Assembly: GCA_963751455.1 (NCBI GenBank)
Contig: CAVVUN010000001.1
Location: 256,001 to 320,000, forward strand
DNA from: Nitrospirota bacterium
Lineage (GTDB): Bacteria > Nitrospirota > UBA9217
Reading direction: 5' to 3'
DNA: 64,000 nucleotides
The notes beneath the pieces were generated by a model, which was not told the DNA's origin, made no database searches, and saw only the letters and a program-made list of their open reading frames with translations. Positions 1 to 9,877 of this stretch are shown here, in pieces. The position numbers and the translations under genes were made by a program. The stretch's first letter is position 1; each line of letters starts with the position of its first letter.

Positions 1-633
1 ACGAACGCCCCATTCATTTAATTCGAAATATTTATTTAACCATTCATCGCCGCCGGTGGATGTAATTACAATTTGATTAAGAATAAACTGGGCCTTTCGC
101 TTATGCACATAGAGGGTGACCCCGGCTGATAAATCCTTGGCGATTTCCGCACCTAAGGAAGGACCGAAATTGAAAGTGTTGTCCTCGTTATTAAAGTTGA
201 TAATATAGCGCGATATGGTGCTGGACAGATTATAAAAAGATTGGTCCTGATCTTCATTTATACTGTCCGGGACCGCGTAGGAAAAACCGAATTTAAACTT
301 GCCCAGGGGTTGGACTATGCCGAAATAATTCGGCAGGAGGGCCGATGAATTTCTCTCCCAATCATAACCGCTGATAGCGCCTTTATAGGTCTTGGTCACG
401 TTGTAATAGGCGTTTACGCTGGCAGACAAGTTTTTCCCGCTTGAATACACAATTCCGCCTGGATTGTAGTAGAGCCCTGTTGCATCGTCGGAAATTGCGG
501 TATAAGCGCCTCCCATCCCCGACGCTCGGTCTCCGATCAGCGCGTTATTATAATGGAACTCATCGGCACTCGCGATACCGCACATGGTCAAAATAAAGGC
601 AAACCCCGAAATAAGGCGCTTCACGCTTTTCAT
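1..633 (-). CDS. Outer-membrane beta-barrel protein, FadL/OmpP1/PorV-like (partial, runs off window start)
   Basis: Manual translation from ATG at 633: MKSVKRLISGFAFILTMCGIASADEFHYNNALIGDRASGMGGAYTAISDDATGLYYNPGG; signal peptide plus GxRAxGMGGAYTAxxDDxxxxYYNP motif. Confidence 0.75.
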   Translation of the reverse strand, partial: MKSVKRLISGFAFILTMCGIASADEFHYNNALIGDRASGMGGAYTAISDDATGLYYNPGGIVYSSGKNLSASVNAYYNVTKTYKGAISGYDWERNSSALLPNYFGIVQPLGKFKFGFSYAVPDSINEDQDQSFYNLSSTISRYIINFNNEDNTFNFGPSLGAEIAKDLSAGVTLYVHKRKAQFILNQIVITSTGGDEWLNKYFELNEWGVR

Positions 634-685
634 TCCATCCCCCGAGCTTAACTTTAACGTTAAATAACCTTCACATACATAAATG

Positions 686-1525
686 TTATTTCAGATTTTT
701 AATCTCTGCAGCAAAGCGTTTCTTGTTCGTTTTCATGCCGGCCCCGTCTATGCCTTCGCCGCTCATCGTGTTCCTGATCAAAGCCGTCCTTGTATCGAAT
801 GCCGGATGCGTTCTGTCGATAATTTCTGTGGCCTTGCCCTTGATGGCGCCAATCCTTTCAAGGTACCGTGCCAGTCCGCCTGAATCATAACCGGTCAGGG
901 CCGTGATGATCACAGAAACTTTATCGGCCTGAACCTCGTCCTCTCTCTTATATCCTTCAAGGAAAAGCATGCCGAGGGCCTTGTCGACAGCCTGCGAAAA
1001 AGCAAGCCTCGCGGATTCAGAGCTGCCGCCAACCAGCCTGGCAAGACCTGACGTGGCCGAATCTTCGCTTCCTTTTATGTTCAGTTCTTTTACCACGTGT
1101 TTTTCGGTTACATGGGTGATTTCATGGGCCAGTACGCCGGCAAGTTCCGATTCGTCCTTCATCAACTGCAGGGCGCCCTTGGTGACGAAAATGTACCCGC
1201 CCGGTGCCGCATATGCGTTGATGTCCTCGGTGTCGAGTATCATGAATCGAAACTCCAACTCCGGCCTGCCCGCATTGCGCGTCAGGGAAAGCCCCACGAG
1301 ATTTACATACTTCAGCAGAGAAGTCTCATTATACGCTTTATATCTGCCAAGGATTCTGGCCGCGACTTCTCTGCCGAATTCTATTTCCGCTGTTATATCG
1401 CTCGTGGTTACGACTTCTCCGGATGAAGGCCTCTGCCGCCAGTTTTCGTCCGCGGCCAGCGCCGGCCCAAAGGAAATCAGCATTCCGATCAGAAATAGTA
1501 AAATCGAGAAAATGCCTTTTTTCAT
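686..1525 (-). CDS. M48 family metallopeptidase
   Basis: Signal peptide, INAYAAPGG, HEITH zinc motif, EVQAD, THP. Confidence 0.85.
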   Translation of the reverse strand: MKKGIFSILLFLIGMLISFGPALAADENWRQRPSSGEVVTTSDITAEIEFGREVAARILGRYKAYNETSLLKYVNLVGLSLTRNAGRPELEFRFMILDTEDINAYAAPGGYIFVTKGALQLMKDESELAGVLAHEITHVTEKHVVKELNIKGSEDSATSGLARLVGGSSESARLAFSQAVDKALGMLFLEGYKREDEVQADKVSVIITALTGYDSGGLARYLERIGAIKGKATEIIDRTHPAFDTRTALIRNTMSGEGIDGAGMKTNKKRFAAEIKNLK

Positions 1526-2010
1526 TACCTGCCCCCCTCGATGAACCTGGTCACTTCATCACTCGTGAAAGTTACAGTCTCCATCTTTTCCACAGCGGCA
1601 TAATTCACTTCTTCTTCGGTGCTCAACCGTTTGCGATCTTCGTGGGTGAGGCCCCTGGCCGCGGCTGCGCTGGTATACGTAGAGGCCCGCCGCCGGACGC
1701 CCTGGTTTATTTCAGAATCACTTGCCTTGATCATGGAGGTTTTCTGCAGCGGCGGCTGCGACGAAACCAGCAGGCCGGCTACATATCCCTGCATGCCGCC
1801 ATAGGTTACCTTGATCCAGGTGCCTGTTTTCACTGAAGCACTCAATTTGAAACCCTTGCCGATTTCCGCGATAACCTTCGACTTGAAGGATGGCTCGGAC
1901 ATCACTTTTGCCTTCATGCTCTGCACGTAGTAAATTTCATCCGCCTGAGCAATTGAAACGGTAAGGACCATTACGAATGCAGCAAGAATGAATAAACTTT
2001 TTTTCATCAT
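1525..2010 (-). CDS. Exported SH3-domain protein
   Basis: Signal peptide, bacterial SH3-like WIKV...GYV; TAATG coupling with the M48 gene. Confidence 0.7.
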   Translation of the reverse strand: MMKKSLFILAAFVMVLTVSIAQADEIYYVQSMKAKVMSEPSFKSKVIAEIGKGFKLSASVKTGTWIKVTYGGMQGYVAGLLVSSQPPLQKTSMIKASDSEINQGVRRRASTYTSAAAARGLTHEDRKRLSTEEEVNYAAVEKMETVTFTSDEVTRFIEGGR

Positions 2011-2029
2011 GCACCTCCTGTTTCAGTTT

Positions 2030-2105
2030 GTAAAGTTTCTTTGGTTTCTTTGTTCGTTCGGTTTAAACCAAACAACCAGATGAACCAGACAAACCAGATA
2101 AACCG
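2030..2105. repeat. Palindromic ~9-nt-period repeat (AACCAGAYR family)
   Basis: gtttctttggtttctttgtt ... aaccagatgaaccagacaaaccagataaacc. Confidence 0.55.
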
Positions 2106-2107
2106 CA

Positions 2108-4036
2108 TTATTCCAGCGTATAGATCGTCACCGGCTGTTCCCTGCCTTTTACTTTCACGTTCCCGATAAGTTTGCAGTCGAACTTGTCCTTTACCTTTTC
2201 ATATGTATATTCGGAGAAGATCAGAGGACTTTTATATTCCTTCGTTATGCTTTCGAGCCGCGACGCAAGATTTACCGTATCGCCCACCACCGTGTAGTTC
2301 TTCTTTTTTTCGGATCCGATTTCACCGATCGTCGCAACGCCGGTATTTATGCCGATGCCGATCTTGACTTCCAGTTCGAACCCCCGCTCCTTAAGAGTTC
2401 TGTTTACATCTTTGAGAGCGGCCAGCATTTCCCGGCCTGCCAGGACGGCCTGTTCGGGATGATTGTCCGTCTTTACCGGCGCGCCCCAGAAAGCCATGAT
2501 CGCATCGCCTATATATTTATCGATAGTCCCGTTATGTTTCAGGATGATATCGGCCATAGCGGAAAAATGAACATTCAGCATTTCAACGATCTTTTCAGGA
2601 GGCGTCGTCTCAGACATGGTAGTAAAACCTCTGATGTCCGAGAAGAGCACTGTCATATTAATCTTCTGTCCGGCGCTCGATTTCTGGTATTCCTTGTAGT
2701 TATGCAGTACCTCGTGCAGAACGTCCTTGGAAACATATTGGGTGAACAGGTGCGAGACGCGGCGCTTCTCTGCTGCTTCCGTGAAGGTAAGGTAGCCGAA
2801 AGAAAGGAAGCTGCTCGACACGGTTGAAAAAATGAAGGGCACGGCATCCATGATAAGATTCGCTTTAAAAGCAAAGAAGGAGTAACCCACATACGATGCG
2901 AGCATGAAGAGCGGGAAGAAAGCGCGGATTACGAACCGCTTGGTATAGAACACGATCCACGGCGTGAGGCAAGCCCCGATAAATATAGTAAGAAACGTAA
3001 TCCGGCGGTCAGCGGGTTTCAGAAAATCATTCTGGAGATAGTTCCCGGCCAGCGCCACATGGAGAATCACGCCGGGAGTGCTCGATGCGAGCGGCGTCGC
3101 CTTCAAGTCCGACGCCCCTACCGCGCTCGCACCGATAAATACGATGGCGTCCTTGAATTCTTCCGGGTTTACCATGAGGTTTTCGATCTCGCCGTTTCGT
3201 ATCTTCTGCAGTGATGCGAATATCCCGCCTATGGAATACGGCTGCACTTTATCGATGCCCACCATATTGATGAGGTAATTGCCTTTTTCATCAAGGGGAA
3301 GAATGCGGTCATTGATGGCAATTGAATGTTCCCCGATGGAAACCTTCGTCTTTTCATCGATAAACGGCGCTAGCCCAAGCACCGGGTAAAGCCTGCCTTG
3401 ATATTCCCGAAGCGGCCTGGTTCTTCTGAGCACGTTGTCGCTGTCGGGCGTAAACTCGACCACTGCAATGTTTTTTGCCGCAGACCTGACCGCCTCAAGA
3501 GGCAGGGTAAAGTCGTTGTTCTGGCTGTCGCTTTTTACGCCCAAAGAACCTGAAAGAACTTTAATTGCGTTCCGCTCGACAAAATCAACGGGCATCGGCA
3601 GAGCCAGTTGCATGTTGTTTCGCCGCTCATCGTCCGCTGTTTCCCGCTTTATGATCATGCTGTGGTAGACATTCCGGGCAGCCGCCGTGGCTTCAGCAAG
3701 CGCCATGTCGCTCGTTTCATCCGTGCGCTCCGTAAACAGGATATCGAAGAGCACGGCTCGGGGTCCTCCCAAAGAGAGGAATTCAAGAAGATCGGCCCAG
3801 ATAGCGCGCGGCCACGGCCACCGTCCTGCAATAGCCTCCAGCGCCTTGAGCGATGCGTCGTCAACGAGGATTACCTTTATATTGTTTGGAGGAAGTTTAT
3901 CGGACCGGAAGAGCTTGGATTTTACATCATACAGGAACAACTCCGGCTTTTCAAATAAGCCGGGCACATACAAACCAATAGTAATAAGCAGAATTACTAC
4001 GGATACAAGGACCGCGATGATTGATTTTTTTTCCAT
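2108..4036 (-). CDS. CHASE2-domain class III adenylate/guanylate cyclase
   Basis: GRWPWPRAIWA and DILF CHASE2 motifs, TM helices, FSDIRGFT, DKYIGDAIMAFWGAP, GDTVNLASRLE; start set at MEKKS. Confidence 0.92.
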   Translation of the reverse strand: MEKKSIIAVLVSVVILLITIGLYVPGLFEKPELFLYDVKSKLFRSDKLPPNNIKVILVDDASLKALEAIAGRWPWPRAIWADLLEFLSLGGPRAVLFDILFTERTDETSDMALAEATAAARNVYHSMIIKRETADDERRNNMQLALPMPVDFVERNAIKVLSGSLGVKSDSQNNDFTLPLEAVRSAAKNIAVVEFTPDSDNVLRRTRPLREYQGRLYPVLGLAPFIDEKTKVSIGEHSIAINDRILPLDEKGNYLINMVGIDKVQPYSIGGIFASLQKIRNGEIENLMVNPEEFKDAIVFIGASAVGASDLKATPLASSTPGVILHVALAGNYLQNDFLKPADRRITFLTIFIGACLTPWIVFYTKRFVIRAFFPLFMLASYVGYSFFAFKANLIMDAVPFIFSTVSSSFLSFGYLTFTEAAEKRRVSHLFTQYVSKDVLHEVLHNYKEYQKSSAGQKINMTVLFSDIRGFTTMSETTPPEKIVEMLNVHFSAMADIILKHNGTIDKYIGDAIMAFWGAPVKTDNHPEQAVLAGREMLAALKDVNRTLKERGFELEVKIGIGINTGVATIGEIGSEKKKNYTVVGDTVNLASRLESITKEYKSPLIFSEYTYEKVKDKFDCKLIGNVKVKGREQPVTIYTLE

Positions 4037-4179
4037 AGTGGAAAACGTGCTGTTTACTTGTAGTATTTTCTCTAACAAAAGTATGATATATAATCTAACA
4101 CCAATTTGCAATAATTTCTAGTTTTTTTTAGCCTCGCAACCGAAGAACCGACATCGACTGGATTTATTGTAAGGGAATC

Positions 4180-4221
4180 AAAATCAAAAGGCCAGGTACT
4201 ATTACCCGGCCTTTGATTTTT
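4180..4221 (-). terminator. Intrinsic terminator after lpdA
   Basis: aaaatcaaaaggcc...ggcctttgatttt inverted repeat with A/T tails. Confidence 0.6.
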
Positions 4222-4246
4222 GTGCAGGTGTTGTTTAATCATTTTC

Positions 4247-5647
4247 TTACTGTTCGGACTTCAGAACGTGAATAGCGTTTCCATGAACGTCCTCGGCCGC
4301 CTCCATGAGCGCCTCCGAGAGAGTCGGGTGAGCGTGAATCATGCTGCCCAGTTCCCTGGCGGTCGCACCGGCCTTCATGGCAAGCGCCCCTTCGTGGACG
4401 ATGTCCGACGCGTGTGCTCCGCACACATGGACCCCGAGCAGTTTATCGGTTGCGGAATCGGCGATTACCTTCACCATCCCAACGATCTCACCCATTGCAT
4501 GGGCTTTTCCGAGTGCGCGGTACTGAAAACGGCCGATCTTCACCCTGACCCCTTTCTCAAGCGCCTGGTCCTCTCTCAGTCCCACGCTCCCGATTTCCGG
4601 CATGGTAAAGATACCGGCGGGAATAACACTATAATCCATTTTTGCATCGCCTCCGAGAGCGTTCTCAGCGGCAATGAGACCCTGGTGCGATGCAACATGC
4701 GCGAGCATCATTTTCCCGGTTACATCGCCGATCGCGTACACGGTCGGCACATTTGTCTGCATCTTCTCATTAACCGATATCTCGCCTCGTGCGCCCTTGG
4801 CCACGCCGGCTATTTCCAAACCGAGCCCTTCAGAGTTCATACTCCTTCCGATCGAAACAAGGACGCTTTCGGCGTTGATTTGACTGCCGTTGCTGAGCTG
4901 CGCCCTGATCGATCCGTCCCTCTCCTTCTCAAGCCTTTCAACCCGCACTGAAGCGATCAGCTTGATTTTAGCTTTTTTGAATTCACGCTCGATGAGAGAC
5001 GATATTTCGGGGTCTTCCGTGGACAAGGCCCGGGGCATCATTTCAAGAATCGTTACCTGTGAACCGTAGGTTCCGTAAATGAAGGCGAATTCGGAGCCGA
5101 TTACACCTGCGCCGATAATGATCAAACTTGTCGGGATTTTATCAAGGCGCACTGCGTCATCGCTGGTCATTATATCTTTGCCGTCGAAATCAAAGCCGGG
5201 CAGTTTCGCCGGTCTCGACCCTGTGGCGATAATTATTCTATCCGAAGGAATTTCCTCATGTGTTCCGTCCGTCCGCCGCACACCAACCAGGCCGGCTGAA
5301 AGAAGAGAACCGCGTCCGTCGACCAGCGTAATTCCATTGCCCTTGAAGAGAGCTTTGATGCCCTTGACCTGAGTAGAAACCACCTTGTTCATGCGTTCCC
5401 TGATCTTTTCCAGGTTAAAGGAGACATCTCCGCTAAACACCAGCCCGAACTGGGCGCCGCTCCTCGCATGCGTCAGGGCCTGCGCCGACGCAATCAGTGT
5501 TTTGGTCGGGATGCACCCGCGGTTCAGGCAGGTGCCGCCGACCTCGGCGTCTTCGACGACAGTCACCTGAGCTCCCATCTGAGCAGCGCGGATCGCTGCT
5601 ACGTATCCGCCCGGTCCCGCGCCGATGATCGTCAATTTTAGCGGCAT
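4247..5647 (-). CDS. lpdA: Dihydrolipoyl dehydrogenase
   Basis: GAGPGGY, GGTCLNRGCIP redox disulfide, HAHPTLSE. Confidence 0.96.
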   Translation of the reverse strand: MPLKLTIIGAGPGGYVAAIRAAQMGAQVTVVEDAEVGGTCLNRGCIPTKTLIASAQALTHARSGAQFGLVFSGDVSFNLEKIRERMNKVVSTQVKGIKALFKGNGITLVDGRGSLLSAGLVGVRRTDGTHEEIPSDRIIIATGSRPAKLPGFDFDGKDIMTSDDAVRLDKIPTSLIIIGAGVIGSEFAFIYGTYGSQVTILEMMPRALSTEDPEISSLIEREFKKAKIKLIASVRVERLEKERDGSIRAQLSNGSQINAESVLVSIGRSMNSEGLGLEIAGVAKGARGEISVNEKMQTNVPTVYAIGDVTGKMMLAHVASHQGLIAAENALGGDAKMDYSVIPAGIFTMPEIGSVGLREDQALEKGVRVKIGRFQYRALGKAHAMGEIVGMVKVIADSATDKLLGVHVCGAHASDIVHEGALAMKAGATARELGSMIHAHPTLSEALMEAAEDVHGNAIHVLKSEQ

Positions 5648-5744
5648 ATGTGCACCTCTCTGAAAATCATTTTACTTGCTTTTCTTTGTACAGGGATGAG
5701 GTTTTCATGCGCGAAAGAACGTTAAGGAGAGGGTGAATCTCCAC

Positions 5745-5958
5745 CTAGTGTAGTGTCTCACAAACGACTGGTGTTATCATAGCGCGGCAGTAGGCCGCAG
5801 CCAAACTTGTAGGGCAAGGCTTTAGCCTTGCTGAAAGCGCCGGAACAGCAGCAACCCTAAAGGGTCGCCCTACAAATTCATCAGCAAATATTTATGCGAA
5901 GATAAGTATTCGATGAGAAATCATCATAACACCGTCCATTTAAGAGACACTACACTAG
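5745..5958 (+). mobile_element. MITE family A copy 1 (CTAG-bounded, carries REP doublet)
   Basis: TIRs CTAGTGTAGTGTCTC...GAGACACTACACTAG; near-identical copies at 40858 and 62357 in the opposite orientation. Confidence 0.9.
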
Positions 5959-6055
5959 GTTGAGCGCCACAACGATAGAGGGTAGATTCCCCCTATTGGA
6001 AAAGAGGTTAGGAGGATTTTTTGACGGCATTGTTCCGTCTAAGTTGTACAGAGCG

Positions 6056-6082
6056 AAAAAAAAGGAGAGCAATAAACTCTCC
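6056..6082 (-). terminator. Intrinsic terminator after gcvH
   Basis: GGAGAG/CTCTCC stem with a U8 tail on the minus strand. Confidence 0.6.
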
Positions 6083-6126
6083 CGTTGGGCGCTTTCGTGC
6101 AGACCTTGAGAAGTACAGCCCGCTTC

Positions 6127-6525
6127 CTATTTACCCTCCTCTTCCTTCAGAAACTTCTCATACTCGGCTTTCGTCATGAGGTCGTTCAATTCTGAGGAAT
6201 CGGTCATATCGAGCACAATCAGCCAGCCATTGCCATAGGGATCCTCGTTTATAATTTCAGGAGAGTCGGCAAGGTCTTCATTTACTTCCAGTATCGTACC
6301 GGATATCGGGCTTACTACCGGTGATGTGGCCTTTGTGGATTCTATTTCGCACAGTTCCGAGTCGGCATCGACTTCGGTATCAATTTCGGGCAGGTCCACA
6401 TAGACAATGTCCCCGAGCTGCTGTTGCGCGAAGTCGCTGATTCCAACTGTAGCCTTTCTTCCTTCCGCGCGCACCCACGCATGTTCTCTATGATACTTTA
6501 TATCATCAGGGTTCATGTCTGCCAC
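6127..6525 (-). CDS. gcvH: Glycine cleavage system H protein
   Basis: EHAWV, VGISDFAQQQLGDIVYV, IESTKA lipoyl lysine, NEDPYGNGWL. Confidence 0.95.
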   Translation of the reverse strand: MADMNPDDIKYHREHAWVRAEGRKATVGISDFAQQQLGDIVYVDLPEIDTEVDADSELCEIESTKATSPVVSPISGTILEVNEDLADSPEIINEDPYGNGWLIVLDMTDSSELNDLMTKAEYEKFLKEEEGK

Positions 6526-6624
6526 CTCCGGGAATAGTATATCATGATGAAGAGTGAATTTGTTTTTATCTTAAGCAGTTTATTTTGTCAAGAAAAAAAA
6601 CCGGCAAGAAACCGGTATACCAAT

Positions 6625-6651
6625 AAAAAAGGGATGCATAATCGCATCCCT
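6625..6651 (-). terminator. Intrinsic terminator after rnf operon
   Basis: GGGATGC/GCATCCC stem with U6 tail on the minus strand. Confidence 0.6.
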
Positions 6652-6697
6652 GGAATGGTAGCACTTATATTGAGGCCGCTGGTCGCGACTGCCGGCG

Positions 6698-7861
6698 TTA
6701 TGCCCCGACCGGCTGATGTTCTTTTTTTTCTTTCTTTCTCACCGCGCCGGCCGGCACAGCGACCATGGTGATCGCTTTTTTCGCGCAGCGCGCTTCACAC
6801 ATCCGGCACCCGATACATTTTCCCTGATTCACGACATGCCCTGCTTTCACGTCTCCGGAAATCGCGCTGACCGGGCATACCTTCTTACAAACATCTATCC
6901 CCGCGCATTTTGCCGGATCGATATATGCTTTGGGACGGACCGGGATGTAATCCCTGATAGCGTTCGTTGGGCATTTTTTAACGCACAGCCCGCACACGAT
7001 GCATTTGGCGTGGTCTATCCGGGCGACATTATTATCCACCTTGATTGCGTCTACCGGACATGTTTTTACGCAGATGCCGCACCCAATACACCCTACCTGG
7101 CACTTCTTCTTCGTATCTACGCCCTTGTCCCTGCTGTGGCAGCTGATTACGACTGCCTTTGACGCCTGCGCCAGTTCTATCACCTGTTTCGGGCAGGCCG
7201 CAACGCATTTTCCGCAGGCAGTGCACTTGTCCGGATCGATGAGCGGCAGCTTGTCGGCGCTCATCGTGATCGCTCCGAAAGGACAGGCCCGCATGCAGGT
7301 CCCGTATCCGAGACAGCCGAACTCGCAGGATTTGTCTCCGCCGGCGGCAAGCACCGCTGCGGTGCAGTCCTGAACGCCGGTATAAATAAATTTCCTCTGA
7401 GTGAGCGAAGTTCCGCCCTGGCAGAATACGCGCGCGATCTTCGGTTCAACCTTCTCGGCTCTTTTGCCGGTGATGTCGGCGATCTTCTCGGCCACGGCCG
7501 ATTTGCCCGGGGCGCACATATTTACCGCAACGTCGGGATTGCCTGCGACCGCCTCGGCATATCCCATGCAGCCCGCAAATCCGCAGGCGCCGCAATTTGC
7601 GCCCGGAAGCGTTTCGCGAACCTTCTCTACCTTCGGATCGACTTTCACGACGAACCTGGCAGCTACAATGGCCAGCGCGATGCCGAAAATGATTCCAAGT
7701 CCCGCAAGCACGACCAGCCCGAATCCTACGTAGTCCCAGGGCACAAACTCGAGCGACTCAGCCGAACCGCCCACGCCTACCTGGGGGACCAGTCTGTTTG
7801 CGAATATGCTCAATGTATCGAAAAATATTTTGATCAGGAGATTGCTTAATTGTTCATACAT
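6698..7861 (-). CDS. rnfB: Rnf complex subunit B (polyferredoxin type)
   Basis: LPGANCGACGFAGC plus many CxxCxxCxxxCP motifs; last gene of the rnf operon. Confidence 0.93.
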   Translation of the reverse strand: MYEQLSNLLIKIFFDTLSIFANRLVPQVGVGGSAESLEFVPWDYVGFGLVVLAGLGIIFGIALAIVAARFVVKVDPKVEKVRETLPGANCGACGFAGCMGYAEAVAGNPDVAVNMCAPGKSAVAEKIADITGKRAEKVEPKIARVFCQGGTSLTQRKFIYTGVQDCTAAVLAAGGDKSCEFGCLGYGTCMRACPFGAITMSADKLPLIDPDKCTACGKCVAACPKQVIELAQASKAVVISCHSRDKGVDTKKKCQVGCIGCGICVKTCPVDAIKVDNNVARIDHAKCIVCGLCVKKCPTNAIRDYIPVRPKAYIDPAKCAGIDVCKKVCPVSAISGDVKAGHVVNQGKCIGCRMCEARCAKKAITMVAVPAGAVRKKEKKEHQPVGA

Positions 7862-7943
7862 GGTTTTGTACCTTTATTTACCGCCACCACCGCTTTAACC
7901 GCATATCTTGTTTTCTTCGCGTCTTCGTGGCAGAATTTTATTA

Positions 7944-8528
7944 TTACAGCGTGATCATTCCGGAAAAGCCTAAAAATGCGAGAGCGATCAGCCCGGTCAG
8001 GACGAACGAAATCGGAAGGCCCTGAAACGACTTCGGAACATCCGCCAGCTCCAGTTTTTCCCTGATGCTGGCCATGATAATAAGAGCGAGGCTGAAGCCG
8101 AGCCCGGATCCGGTTGCAAGCGCCATGCTCTCGAACAAACCGTAGTGTTCATCGGCATTGATAAGGGGTACCGCGAGAATGATGCAGTTCGTCACAATCA
8201 GCGCAAGGTAAATCCCGAGTTTATAATACAATGCCGGCGTAACTTTTTTCATGATGGTGTCCGCTGCCTGGACAAAGGCCGCGACCACGCCGATGAAAAT
8301 AACGATTTTCAAGAACCCGAGATGGAGAGGGATCATGATATACTGGTAGATGAACCAGTTCAACGCCGCCCCGATCAACATCACGGCTGTAAAGGTAAAA
8401 CTCATCCCTACCGCGGTCTCCATTTTCTTGGTGACTCCGAAAAAGATACAGAGACCGAGATATCGGGAAAATACGAAATTATTGATGAGCGCAGACGCTA
8501 TGAATATCGTTAAAACTTTTTCCCACAT
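7944..8528 (-). CDS. rnfA: Rnf complex subunit A
   Basis: NNFVFSRYLGLC, LGIYLALIVTNC. Confidence 0.92.
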   Translation of the reverse strand: MWEKVLTIFIASALINNFVFSRYLGLCIFFGVTKKMETAVGMSFTFTAVMLIGAALNWFIYQYIMIPLHLGFLKIVIFIGVVAAFVQAADTIMKKVTPALYYKLGIYLALIVTNCIILAVPLINADEHYGLFESMALATGSGLGFSLALIIMASIREKLELADVPKSFQGLPISFVLTGLIALAFLGFSGMITL

Positions 8529-8552
8529 GAATAACCCTCCGTGCTAAAAAAC

Positions 8553-8645
8553 ATTTCAAATTGCAAAATGCAATTGTAAATTGCATACTGAAATCAGAAG
8601 CCAAATATTTTGAATTTTGCAATTTTCAATTTACAATTTCCAATT
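8553..8645. repeat. Palindromic heptamer-period repeat (AT-rich family) inside rnf operon
   Basis: atttcaa attgcaa aatgcaa ... ttttgca attttca atttaca atttcca. Confidence 0.7.
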
Positions 8646-8660
8646 ACGCGTTTCTCAGCG

Positions 8661-9290
8661 TTAATGTCCTCCGCTGCTCGCTCCTGTCCCGCCGAAGAAC
8701 TTCCGATCGATCCAGTTCAGCCAGCCCATCATGAGACCCATGGCAAAGAACCCGCCTGTGGGCAAGATCATGATAAGAAGCGGCTTTTGTCCGAGGATCG
8801 GGTAACCCCAGAGAGAACCCTTTCCGAGAAACTCCCTGAACACTCCGAGCAGCACCAGCGCAAGAAGAAAGCCCAGACCCATCGCAGCCCCGTCAACCAT
8901 CGAGGGTAGGAGTTTGTTCCTGCTCGCGAACATTTCCGCGCGGGAAAGCACGATGGCAAAAGCAACGATCAGCATGATGTAGAGTCCCATGTCCTTGTAA
9001 ACCGCCCTTTGGGTGGCTGCCATCACCTGGTCGGTGACCGTGACCCATGTGGCGATGATGAACATATACGAAGGAATGCGGACTTTCGGATTAATATAAT
9101 TTCTGAGGAGGGAAACGGTGCCGTTGACCATGGTCATAACGAAGAGGACGGCCACGCCCATGAGAAAGCCGTTCTTTACTCCGCTGGTAACGGCCACGGC
9201 CGGACAGAGCGAAAGAGCAAGGCGAAAAACCGGGTTTTCACCGAAAATGCCGTTTTTGAATATGGTCCCGTAACTGACCGTATTGCTCAT
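8661..9290 (-). CDS. rnfE: Rnf complex subunit E
   Basis: ENPVFRLALSLCPAVAVT, ILPTGGF. Confidence 0.92.
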   Translation of the reverse strand: MSNTVSYGTIFKNGIFGENPVFRLALSLCPAVAVTSGVKNGFLMGVAVLFVMTMVNGTVSLLRNYINPKVRIPSYMFIIATWVTVTDQVMAATQRAVYKDMGLYIMLIVAFAIVLSRAEMFASRNKLLPSMVDGAAMGLGFLLALVLLGVFREFLGKGSLWGYPILGQKPLLIMILPTGGFFAMGLMMGWLNWIDRKFFGGTGASSGGH

Positions 9291-9877
9291 TTTGCCACCT
9301 CCTGTGCGGCAGTCGTAAGACCGGATGCGTATTTGTCCACAAGCGTCTGCACGGCGTCTTTAACGCCGTTCGTAACAGCCCGGCTCGATATCGTGGCGCC
9401 CGATATTGCTTGAATATTCTCCTTGGTCTCTCCTTTTATGAGGACGATCTGCGAGAGGGCTTTTCCTTTGAACTGGTCGAGGAACAGCAGTCTGTCTTCA
9501 ACCTGGTCTCCCAGGCCCGGCGTTTCGGCGTGATGCAGGATCTTAATGTCCCTGATCTTCATCTCGTTATCGAGAGATACGAGCATCTGGATATAGCTTG
9601 AATACCCTTTCCCGGCCGTGCTCGCGATAAAGGCTACCGGTTTCCCGGCCGCTGTAGCCGAGAAATACTCGTATTTTTTTTCATGGGCCGACCAGGTGCC
9701 CGCAACCTTGATAGGGTCGGTAGCATCGGGTGCCATTTCCTTGAGCGCCAGTTCTTTTTCTCTTTTTTCGGCCTGGTATCTCACGGGCGACGTGTATTTA
9801 TATGTAAGACCCATGATCAAGCCGGCGCCGATAAAGATCAAAACAAGGCTCAGGGTTATTTTCAGCATCTCCTTCAT
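9287..9877 (-). CDS. rnfG: Rnf complex subunit G
   Basis: ETPGLG and ISGATISS FMN-binding motif. Confidence 0.93.
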   Translation of the reverse strand: MKEMLKITLSLVLIFIGAGLIMGLTYKYTSPVRYQAEKREKELALKEMAPDATDPIKVAGTWSAHEKKYEYFSATAAGKPVAFIASTAGKGYSSYIQMLVSLDNEMKIRDIKILHHAETPGLGDQVEDRLLFLDQFKGKALSQIVLIKGETKENIQAISGATISSRAVTNGVKDAVQTLVDKYASGLTTAAQEVAK

